A stretch of 64,000 nucleotides of DNA from Gnetum montanum. Its lineage: Eukaryota; Plantae; Gnetophyta. Positions 39,490 through 50,619 of the stretch are shown piece by piece (the first letter of the stretch is position 1; every line of letters begins with the position of its first letter). Both the position numbers and the translations under genes were made by a program. The notes beneath the pieces were generated by a model. It was not told the origin of the DNA and did no database searches. It saw only the letters and a program-made list of their open reading frames with translations. Location: assembly GCA_015680685.1 (NCBI GenBank), contig MNCI01002384.1, positions 612,493-676,492 of the forward strand, in the 5' to 3' direction.

Positions 39490-42400
39490 TTGTGTCACTG
39501 GCAGAATAGACCATAGCCCCGTGTTGGGTTGTACCGTTTGCGAGGTTTGGTAGGTCTGAGGGTGAACAAAATGAGACATCTACAACGGTTGTGGAATAGG
39601 CGAAGAAGTGAATGAGGTCCACCATGTGGATAGGCCTGGGTCCACTGCGGTTGGTGGAATGGATGTAAAGCTAGGAATTGAAACCAAAGTTGCATACGAC
39701 TGTGAAGTAGGTACAGTATGAACATGCGGTAGGGTAGCCATGATTGGTGTGTGATGTGCTACAAGAATGGACTGATGAATAGTTTGCGGAGGCATAGTTG
39801 CTGTAAATGAAACAGGGGAATAAGAGTGTTGATATAGGGGGAAGGTGACATGGCTACCCATTGTGGTTGTAGTTGTAGGCTATAGGAGCGTAGGCGTGAT
39901 CACAAAGGGAGTGGTGACAGACAATAGATTTGCCCAGAAGGACTGGGTAGGAGGGATAGGAACAGGGTTGGCTTGACCTCCCTTGTCAGATTGGGAATCG
40001 AGTTCCTTCTGTCCATCTTGGAAGGAATCATCCTGGTTAGACACTAAGTCTTGTTGCTCCCTAAGTTTGGCCAACTGGATTAGCTAGTCTAGAAGCCTTT
40101 GGTTTGTCTGTGTCAAAGGTATGGAAGAGCTGGGAGTGGGAACAAACTCCTTCCCATCGCAGTAAGCGAGCTTGAAGCTACGTTTGCCTTTGAACTCGTG
40201 TACATCCAAAGGCAGGTTTGCCTGAACCTTTGCACAGAGGAAGTTATAGCACTCATGTTGCTGGGCCAAGCCCTCAGGTCCCCATTTTTGGATCCTGAGG
40301 GATCAACGTGTCTCCAGCATTGGGTTGAGCGGTTGTTCGGCAACTGGGGTGCCTTGAACTGTGATGGGAACTTCGACGTTGAAGGTATTAGTAGCAGTAG
40401 TTGTAGAAGCCATTGTTACTAAGCTAGATAATTTTGCAAATGTAAAAAGTAAGGAGATCGAAGAGCTAAATAGTTTTGTAGATGAGAAAAACAAAGGAAT
40501 TGGGAAGTAATGAAAAAAATGGCTTTATGTCTTGCCGAGCTCCTGAGGAACCATCGAAGTGACCGATCTGTACCACACGATGCGTAAACAACCGCAAAAG
40601 GGTGTCACGTTTATGCTAATGCATGATAGGGTATAGAATGCATGCAAGACTACCATAAGATAGGCAAGTCAGCTGGTGAGTAGAGGCTTTATGTTCTGTA
40701 GTGCTCCTGAGGAATTGTTGAGGTGACCAATCTGCACCGCACGACACATAAACAACCACAGACGGGTGTCAAGTTTACGCTAATGTGTATCAGGGTGTAG
40801 AAGGCTTACAGGACTACTGTGACACTCGGAAAGGGTACCAAAAGGCCCTCCTTATAGCGCTAGAAAAACTATAGCGACCGAAAACATCAGTGGCTAGAAA
40901 ACACTGAGAGGACAATGGTTGTTGACAGTCTCAACCCCATTTCTGTGAGAGGGCCGTGCTGGATGGAACAGAAATGGGATGCCTTGAATAGTCTGGTCGA
41001 TCACATAGGGATTTAGTCTGTGTCTATATAGCCTTTTACAACATGTAATTTGAAAGTAAAGTTTATAGCATAAAAATGATATTTTAAACATAAATGATGC
41101 AGGAAACAATGTAAAATGCGATGATAAATAGGAAAGCAAAGTAGAATGTAGTTAGAAAAATGCACCGCTTCAAGATTATGACTTTACTTTGTCAAGGTGG
41201 ATACAATTGGTTGCGCGACGCCGGGAAGCGTAGAGATCCAAAAGGTAACCAAGGTATTCAAAGCAAGACAGTTGGATGCTTGAACGTGGACTTGGGAATT
41301 GATAGTGCAGAATGCTACCAAGATGGTAGGGAAAAGTAGAACAAAATGCCAAGAAGGAGTGCTAACTATTTACAATGTTGAATAGAAAGCTTACAATGCT
41401 CAAGGTTATAGTGCTAACTTTTTGCTTGTCAGCCAGGAAAATTGTTAGCCGACTAGATTGCCAAAGAAAACTGGACCCGGACCCCTCGAGCATTGCTCAT
41501 TGGGGTATTTATAGGACCAAGGGCGCACAAAAGATGCAGTTTGGATGCTACATGCCTTGGGCTTATGCTGACCTGCCTATGCTACACGTGCTTGCATGAC
41601 TGTTGGGTGAGTCTGCCATGCCATAATTACAAGCTTGCCACATTGTAATTGCGCTATCAAAGCAACAGTGCAATTAGGTGGAGTGCATTGATGTACCATG
41701 ATTGCTTGTCATGCTTTGCTATGCTTTGTAGCATAGCATGTTTGGCGTGGTGTAGCATCTTGTCACGTTGTGCTATGCTACGTAGCGTAGCGTAGCCGTC
41801 GGTTCGAAGTAAAAAATTTGCGTTGTGTCCTGCTGCATGTGCTGGAAACATTTGCAGTGTTGTGACTACTGGTTGCAGATTTGCTATGCTAAGCTACACT
41901 ACGTAGCGTATCATAGTGTAGCAACTGTCCTTAGTCGCAAAAAAGTTGCCAATCTGCAAACTTTGCCTTTTGCACTGCGAGGCTTGCGAACTTGCTGATT
42001 CCGCCCTTTGAGATGCCTTCTGTCACTTTCGCAAAATTGCTACTTTTAGCTACGCCATGTAGCTTAGTGTAGCGTAGTAGCAAATATGACCTGCTTTTGC
42101 CAAGTTCGTCGCTTTCTAATGGAAGAAGACATTGCTGAAGGACTTGAAGTCAGGCGAGGGGACTGACTATACAGCTTTTGCTACGCTACGTAGCATAGCA
42201 CATCGCTTCTGCAAACATCTTTTGAAGTCTGCTACGCTACATAGCGTAGGAAAACTCCTTGACTTAGAAAACTTGCTGAAGGGTTTTGCGCATTCTGAGC
42301 ACTACTAGAAATTCTACGCATTGCTCCTAAGTGTGTTGTCGGCTAGGTGAACTACTTAGGTGGGCAGGCTGGAGAATCCATTTAGCCTGTTGACACCTGG

Positions 42401-42528
42401 GGTAGAAAACTTGCTGAACTAGACAATTTGAACATCAGAGCATCCATCTCCTGAAGAACTACCATGATGCTACGCGATTTGCAAAGGCCTGGTGAAGTAA
42501 GGATGCCTTCGAATTTTGGGGTGTTTCA
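39490..42528 (-). mobile_element. Tat-type element D: 5' LTR (40870-42528), tRNA-Asn PBS (40846-40862), 5'UTR with ~165 bp duplication, truncated gag start
   Basis: Minus LTR start tgaaacacc is the same as the element B LTR start. PBS tagcgctataaggaggg. YNFLCAKVQANLPL is homologous to the gag N-termini of A and C. Inserted into element B gag. Confidence 0.85.
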
Positions 42529-44366
42529 CAATACACACCATTTCCCATGAAGCCTTCACAATTGTTTAATCAACTTCTAAGGTTGAGCTAATTCAACACA
42601 AACAAATGTCTCCTATGGCCTCCCAAAGACACGACCGATTTTGTGAGTTGGCCAAAAATGGAGCCTTAGCAACAACCAATGAACCCCCTATTCAAAAAGG
42701 CTTTAGGTTGGATAGGTTTTGTGAATATCACCAACGGTGTGGTCATGGGACCGATTACTGCTTTACATTGAAACAGGATATACAACGCATGATTGATAGG
42801 GGTGAAGTAGTATTCAATGAGCCAAACCTGGTAAGACCCCAAAACCAATCCAATGGGGTCTACAAGGATCCTCTCAATATCAATGATGCACCATATGTGA
42901 TTAATACTATCCATGTGGAAGATAGACAAGATGTCCTGTGGAAACCTTTAGAAAACACACCTACAAAAACATATCCTCAAGCCCCTTTCATCATGCACAC
43001 ATCCCCCACACCACCAAAACCATTCATTATTCATGTACCTCCTTTCATTGTAGCCACAACCACACCATCTAAAAAATGACCCATTTGCTTTGTGATCCGG
43101 GTGCCAAAACGCCTTGATACATAACCTACCTTCATTCCCCTGCAACCTCTGCGAGAACGTCTTGCTGATAGACTAACAAGAGAGCGCTTGGAAAGAGAAA
43201 ACCATCAATACAAATTGGGACCACCAAAGCCAACACTGCTAAATGTTGTTCCCATGGGTCCGCCCATTAATGAGCCTAGTACGAGTCATCAAAATGAGGA
43301 TAATGTGACAACTTATGTCCCAAACCGAGCATCCTTAGCTACTAACATAAAAACCCCTCCACGAGAAATACGAATGCTAGGTCAAATGGACCAAATCTCT
43401 ATAGAAAAGTGTGCCCCAAATGGTAAAGACCTAGCGAATGCATTGACCCAGGTCACATAAGCTTTGAAACAAAAGAATACTTCTTTAAGCCTATATGATC
43501 TAGTAATGACTTCACTAGTACATCGAGAAGCTCTCGTGCGTATGTTAACTTCGGTCCCTGTTAGTGAGGACCTTCCTGTAGATGAACCATCCATTCATGC
43601 GGTATTGTCCACGCAACCTCAGGAATCAAAGACTACATCCCTAGAGTTTTGCACTAAGGACATTAAGCTAGATGAGAAAATAGGAGAAGTTACTACAACT
43701 CCTATGTTCATAACGATACAGGTTAATCATTTCAAGATACGTAGGGTGCATGTCAATGATGGTGCGGCAACCTATGTAATACCTTTTCCCGTCATTGAAA
43801 AACTAGGACTTACTAAATAAATACAGCCCATGATAACTTCTTTCCTAAAATCCTTCAATGGTTCCTGTGTTGGAGTGAAAGGTATGATTACTTTAGATTT
43901 CATAGCCAGGGACCAATTCCCCACATCAGCTGAATTCATAGTGGTTGACGAAATGCCAGGGTTTAATCTAATCCTAGGACATCCCTAGCTAGCTCAACTC
44001 AAAGCTATATCCTCACCAATCCATTAGGAAATCCACCTACCTTATGAGGGTGGTGAGATCATCATATATGGGGATGCAATAGTACCACCTACTTCCCCAC
44101 ATCCTAGAATAGATCAAGAGTCAGAAATTGAATTCATTGAGCCTAAGCAAGGAACCATGAGCATACTTCAAAACATAAATCCAAAGTTAACTCCCAATCC
44201 TACTGAAATTGAGGAAAAACTAGACAATACAAACATAGGCGCCATCCCTACTGATGTCTCTTGGTTGGAATTACCCTTTGATATCACTGATGAAGGGGAA
44301 GGTGAGTATAAGATCTTACCCATATGCCTAACCCCACATGTTAAGCTACAAAGGATCAAGAAGTAA
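42529..44366 (+). pseudogene. Element B gag C-terminus and protease
   Basis: FCEYHQRCGHGTDYC knuckle; IRRVHVNDGAATYVIP; FNLILGHP. A few stops. Confidence 0.88.
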
Positions 44367-44390
44367 CTCAATAAACAGAACTAACTAACA

Positions 44391-44640
44391 AATGTCTAAA
44401 ATGACGTTAAACTACCGATCGTCCGGTATGACGTTAAACTGCCAACAAACGTCCGCAATGACATTAAACTAGCCATGGTCAGAAATGGCCGGTTCCATTT
44501 AAAACTTTCTAAAAACATTACTATCTTTGGCCCACCATGGCATGAAATTGGTAATCCTTCTTTCTTTAAACAACAAATGCAATAGTCCATCATGACTTTA
44601 AACTGATATACCTAGCCCAAAATGGCTTTAAACTAGAGCC
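44391..44640 (+). repeat. Five pseudoknot-like motif units after the gag-pro stop
   Basis: cgtc-cggta-t-gacg-ttaaac; agtc-catca-t-gact-ttaaac-tgat; agcc-...-ggct-ttaaac. Confidence 0.7.
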
Positions 44641-44976
44641 AACAAGTTACAAATTCATGAACTCCTGCCATTTTCAATTGAATTTTCGTTTGTAAGTTAC
44701 AAGTTACAATTTAGATTCCTGCTTGGTCGTTGCCTTCTCTTTCAAATATTTACCTTACATTTCGCTTTACATTTAGAAATTTATGTTACATTTAGTTGCA
44801 TGCATATGTTCACAATATACTCGAGAAAATAAGAAAAAAATAATGAAAAAAATGAAAAATAACAAAAAAAATATACATGGAACATCAAAGTAATGAAGGA
44901 ATGCAACCATTTTTTATGACAATTAAATTCGGGTCATTACATCAGTCTTTATACATTGTATCAAACATCCAAAAAT

Positions 44977-47900
44977 CTAAAAACACTCAAGGGCTGAAGT
45001 TTGACTAACGCAAAGCTCATGGATGGGGCTGATCCCTAAGATCCTCTTCATCATCTGCTCTTGCTCCACTAGGACCAGCTCCATCATTAACATGTCCCTA
45101 CAAACAGAAAATAGAAAACAAAACAAAACAGGGTAGTAAAGCAAATCATAAACACAGAAAATAAAAAAAACGGTAACACTAATAATGAAAACAATAAAAT
45201 CATACAAAAATAAATGTCACAATAAAACACTCACAAGTGAGGAAGGCCCCAAGTTGGTCTCCAAACGCTCTAGGATCTCCTTCTCGGGCACATTTGCCCA
45301 ATCCTCCTCCAAGCCAAGGTTAATGCTAACGAGTGTTTTGCCCTTGTCCACTGGGGTCCAAGTACGGTGCTCAAGAGAGAACACGCCTGTCACAGCCTCC
45401 CAAGAGGCAGTGGTAATTGTTCTCTCAGGAGATCCCTCCACCTCGGTGCACTCAACAAACCTATCATAAGTAGACCACAAACCTAACCCATCAATGAACA
45501 TCTCCATCCGGTGATGTTCAACTGACTCTTCCTTCAACCATTTCTTGTACTGATGCTTATGGTCCTTTTGATCTTGGCCCCACTTCTGTACTTTGGCAGT
45601 AAAGGATTTCCAATCTTGACATTTCCTATTCAACAAATCTATCTGTGCTCTTTGTTCTGCTAAGTTCCATGTAGCTTGCACTTTACTGTTCAAAATCATC
45701 CAATAACATGCATAGGTGATTTCAGATGAGCGCCATGTGCTATCACCAGATAACTTAGCAGCAGCAAAGTCATAATGGGATTGGAGATCCCTTTTCTCCT
45801 CTCTCTCTTTTGCTAGTATCTCCTTCAGTGTGTGGACCTCATCCCATAGATACTCAGTTGAACGCCTTAAAGTCCAAACTATCTTGGCATTCTGTACGAC
45901 GCAGCTAGAAACTGCATGATAAATTTTTCTTGGGACTTGCTCAATATCCCCTAGCAATTTAGGAAGAGCATCAATGTGGGTAGCTTGAAAAGGATCCCAC
46001 TAGAGTTTGGCGCCTGTAGGTGCACACATAAATTAGTCATGATCAAAAATAAACATAAAGAAACATAGTAAAACTAGACACTTAGCATGACGTGTAATGT
46101 ACACACACCTAGTTCTAGATGAGCTCCTTGTAAGCAGGTGACCACCTCAGTAACAATGCTCGTAACAAAATCCATTTTGCTAGGCATCTTAAGCCATGAC
46201 CTTAATGGATCAGTTGATGTTGGACAAGCAGGGGAGGTTTCTTCAATTGGAACCTGCGATCCTGACGCCGCTTCCCGGGATATAGGTGCCCCAGGAATTT
46301 TAGCATCTACCCCAAATAGTCAAAATAATCAAGAACAACACATAAAAATCAAAAGATGTAGAATATAGATTGAGCTAAAGAGGAACATACCAAAAAGACC
46401 TTCGCTGTCTAGCCTGGGTGGATCACCAAGCTGCAAAGATCCGTCAAAGAAACCATTAAGGACATCCCTTTCATCACTTGAATGTATAAGTGCATCCAAA
46501 GCCTCTGCAAGCTTTGTTCCCACATTGCTTGTCCCTTCCTCCTCTTGTGGGACAAGAATTTCTCCTTCCTTGATTGCTTCTTCCTTTTCTTTTCCTTCCT
46601 CCTCAAGTATCGGAGCCATGACCTCTCTTTCCTTCTCCGGAATTTCCTTTGAAATAACACCAAAACCTTAAATTTAGTTTGATATAGCTCATAGGTACAC
46701 CCAATAGCATATAAACCAAGAAAAAGGTAAATACATAACAATGAAACAAACCACTTACCCTCCACTGGTAGTATAAACCGAATCTTCTTTGCCCTTGGGG
46801 GTCTCACATCTGAAGCAGGTTCCTTTGGACGTTCTTTCCTTTTCACCTTTACCTTGGATGTTCCAACAGTCTCACTAATCAAGCATTCAGCCCTCTTAAC
46901 AGATGTGTGTAGCCTAGGCAGTTCCAATCCCAAGCTATCATGGGAATGATGAGACTGGCTGGCCACACCTCCACTAGTAACCAATACTAACTCCTCAATG
47001 TCTTTTGGTAGATCTTGGGATCTAGTGGTGCTATATAGGTGGCAAATCCAAGGGCAGGATAGTTGTGAATGGTCTCTCAAAATGTAGTGGTTATTCTCAT
47101 GAACTACTAGGAATTTAGCAAACCTACGTAGGTACCCCACAAAGAAGGCAAAGGTGAAATGGGATTTTGGATGGATGCTTGAACGTAACCTGATGATTTC
47201 CCCATGAAAGGCTAGATCCTAGAAATTGTGCCCAATTGTATTGCATGCATGTCTCCAAAACTACACGCATCACACATGCAAACACGATCCCAAGGTTTCT
47301 CCCTTGAGAAAGAGATTTGGGGAACACCCGTGCCCGAAAAAGAGGATACAAGAAGTTCACTTCCATCGATCGGGTATCCTCTTGCATGGAAAATCCCTTA
47401 GGGCCCTTAGACACACCCAACCATTGCTCAAGGTCCCTTATGCCCTACCCGTCTTTAGTTGCTTTGTCTACAGCTACTGTGGCACCATTCATGGGAACGC
47501 CAAAAAGATCAAAAAAAAACTCAGTAGTTAGGTGGAATGATACCTTTACTCCCCGAAGCCATGTGGTAAAACGAGAAGCATCACCACTAAAAGAGTCAAC
47601 AATCGTAACCATCTTAGTAGTCGGAACGCTAGGAGTCAAGGTTGTAAATAGGTCCATCAAACCGGCCCAAGTGAGATGACTGATAATCAAATCAGAAGCC
47701 CGCTTCTGTAACCACTTTTGTGATTGCTCTACCTCCCCATACTTCATAAAAAGTGTACCCTCGGTACGCTCTGTAGTAATCGTAACTTCTTCGGGGGGAT
47801 GGCTACTATAAAAGAAAAGAAAAACATAGAGTGAAAAGTTAGAAAAGGGACATGACACACAATGATGCAAAAAAAAAGGAAAATGAAGTCTAAGATGCGG

Positions 47901-50040
47901 TCACTTACCATCTGTGACTAGTGAAGGCAAGGTGGGCGCAGGATCGATCCTTTGAGGAAGAATTGGCCCATTAGGAGACCAATCCTTATGTAACCAATAG
48001 CGATCTTGACAATGCTCAAAGGCTCTTGAAAATTACCTATGGGAGTCAATAAGGGTCATCTTTGTCTGGTCCAACACTGTGGCACAAAGAATGGGGTCCA
48101 CCATAAATGTCTCTAGTGCTGTGCACATTAAAGCAAGTCCACCATCATCATCGCGCATCCCATGTTCATCAAAATGGGGCCTACATAGGAAAAGAACATT
48201 TACATTTAGATGATGACATAAAATTAAAAAGAAATCACAAGTTAAAGTAAGACACAAAGGAGCATACCTGTCCACTTTATATACTATCTCGGGTGGGTTC
48301 TAAAATAACGTAGGCACACGAAGGGCTAGGAAAAGTGTGTTGCTACTATTGTAAAGACTACAGGTAGGCAATTCCCACACACAAGTTAAAGGACGAGTGG
48401 AACTAGGACCCTCAGCAAGGCCTCCCTCAACTCTAAAAAGTCCCTCATCAAGATCAGTGATAAAGGCTAGCATGTCCTGTGTAGACCCAGGCAACATAGT
48501 CTCAATAATATCATGAGCCATCTGTTCACTTAGATGAGACCATATAACAACACTAAAATTTTGCAGTATAAATGACAAGAACGAACTAGCGCTAGGATGG
48601 AACCATATTACATGGGGCCCAATTCGCATGTCATAGGGAGGTGTGTCTGGACCAAGGGGGCCAAACCAAGCAAGTACACCAACAAGCTCAATGACGAGGA
48701 GAGAAGATTTAGGTCCCCTACACATAACCGAAACATTGGGTAAGTAAAAAATCCAAGAGCTAACAATAGATCAACATCACATAAAACCAAAAACTCACAT
48801 AAACAAATATTGCACCCCACGAGACAAGGACACTAACATCTATTTAGTGTAATCTGACACTTATTGGGGTACACTGAAATCAATTTCAGAGCAAATCCAT
48901 GTTTAAATCATCAATCCTAGAAAAAAATAATAAACAATATAAAAATTAGAAATCAGTGAACATCTTGGAAATCACTCTTTAAGCAAGGAAGACTTGACAC
49001 TTACATCGCAACCCCCCCAAAGGCAACTCACACTAGAAGGTTATTCCAACAAAGTCACGTAGTCCTCCTTCAACACTCATGGTAGGTGCTTACAATCATT
49101 GTCCAAAACCTGGCAATCATGTAGCGGCCAATGGAGAAAAAGAAAAGAGAATAGGCCTTCTCCAAATGAGTCATGCTAGGCCTCGGGACCAAGTCACGCT
49201 GGGCCTTCCCACCACCAAGTCACGTAGGACCATCCCACATTCCACATTCTAGCTCATGTTGGAGCTGCAACTGTTTCTAAAAACCTGCCCACATTCATGC
49301 TAGCCATTTCCTCCTTGAAAAGCCCCAAGGATTGAAGCTCAAAAATTGCAAGTCATGCTGCCCTGGGAAAAGAATCAAAAATTTGCAAGTCACACTGCCT
49401 TGGCTCATAAATCCAAAATTTTTTGTAGTCACGCAGCCCTTGAAAATCGAAAAATTTTGCCCCAAAATTTTAGAGTCACGCTGTTCATTCCTTGCCCCAA
49501 AATTTAGAAAAATTTGTAAGTAATGCTACACTAAAAAATCCCAAGATACGCCACTCTCAAAAATAAAAAATGTTGTAGTCACACTGTCATATAGGGCAAG
49601 ACAGTCAGGGTAGGATAGTCATGCTATCAGGAAGGTAGAACAAAGAAACTCCAAGTTCACGTTGGCTTTCCTTGCAACTAGTCACGCCAAGAAGGCCGAA
49701 AACCCTGAGAAAGCCAGAAATTTTTTGCGGCCAAAGCACCAAGGAAACCGAAAACCCAACTTGTGCACTCATGCCCCAAATTTGTATTCACCTAAATTTG
49801 AAAACCCAAAAATCCCAAGTACAAAATCTCACCCTAGGTAACGCTGCTTACAAAAAATACCAGAGAAAAAATTGGGGGGAAAGAATTTACCTGTGCAGGG
49901 CCTTCTTCCACGTTGGAATCCTGGCTTGGAGGAGATGTTGGAGGAGCTCTTTACTCTCCTCCACAAATGCCAGGGCTGCCTGCTTCCTTCCCTCGCCCTT
50001 GCATGCCTTTCCCTTGCCCTTGTCTTTCATGGTCATGTTG
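44977..50040 (-). pseudogene. Element B antisense spliced accessory gene (FCP1/NIF-like + plant transposon domain + coiled coil)
   Basis: Exons ~50035-49891, 48717-48268, 48180-47909 and 47805-46759, then further exons including ORF 45957-45235. GT-AG boundaries; the first two joins checked in frame. Homologous to 13150-18622. Confidence 0.8.
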
Positions 50041-50619
50041 ACGTTGATGCTAACGCCTTGGCTCGTGCTGCACTCTGGGTAGGTCACGCTGTCCTTCCAA
50101 GTTCCAGCAACTCACGTTAACAGAAATGAGGCCTCCTATTTCAAAAATTCCTTTTTCTATTCCCCCTGGTAATTTAATTTAATTTTTGGCCTTTTATTTT
50201 AGTTCCTCTTCTTATTTTAATTACACATGTTATTCAAGCCATCTTTGCCTTGTGTTTGCCTAACTTTCCTTATCATTCCAACCCCCCGAAATGAGGCCCA
50301 AAATTTCTTATGAATAGAGGAGGAAAGTGCAGAAAATCAACAATGATAAATAAATAAATATATGGCATCAAATTCATAAAACTTTAAAATCCCATGATCT
50401 TATTGTTCACTCAAAAATTAAAATTTAAAGGTCAAAATTTGAAAAATTTAAAAAATAGTGCATATACTCAGTCCAAATGACAAGTGAACATGTAGCCCGA
50501 TATGGCCTTAAACTGCCATGACTCCCATCGCATCTTTGGATTATTATCAGTGCATAGTTCACTTATATTTAGTAACTCTTTTGCCAAGAGGGTGTCTCTT
50601 ACTTCGCTTCCATTTTAAA

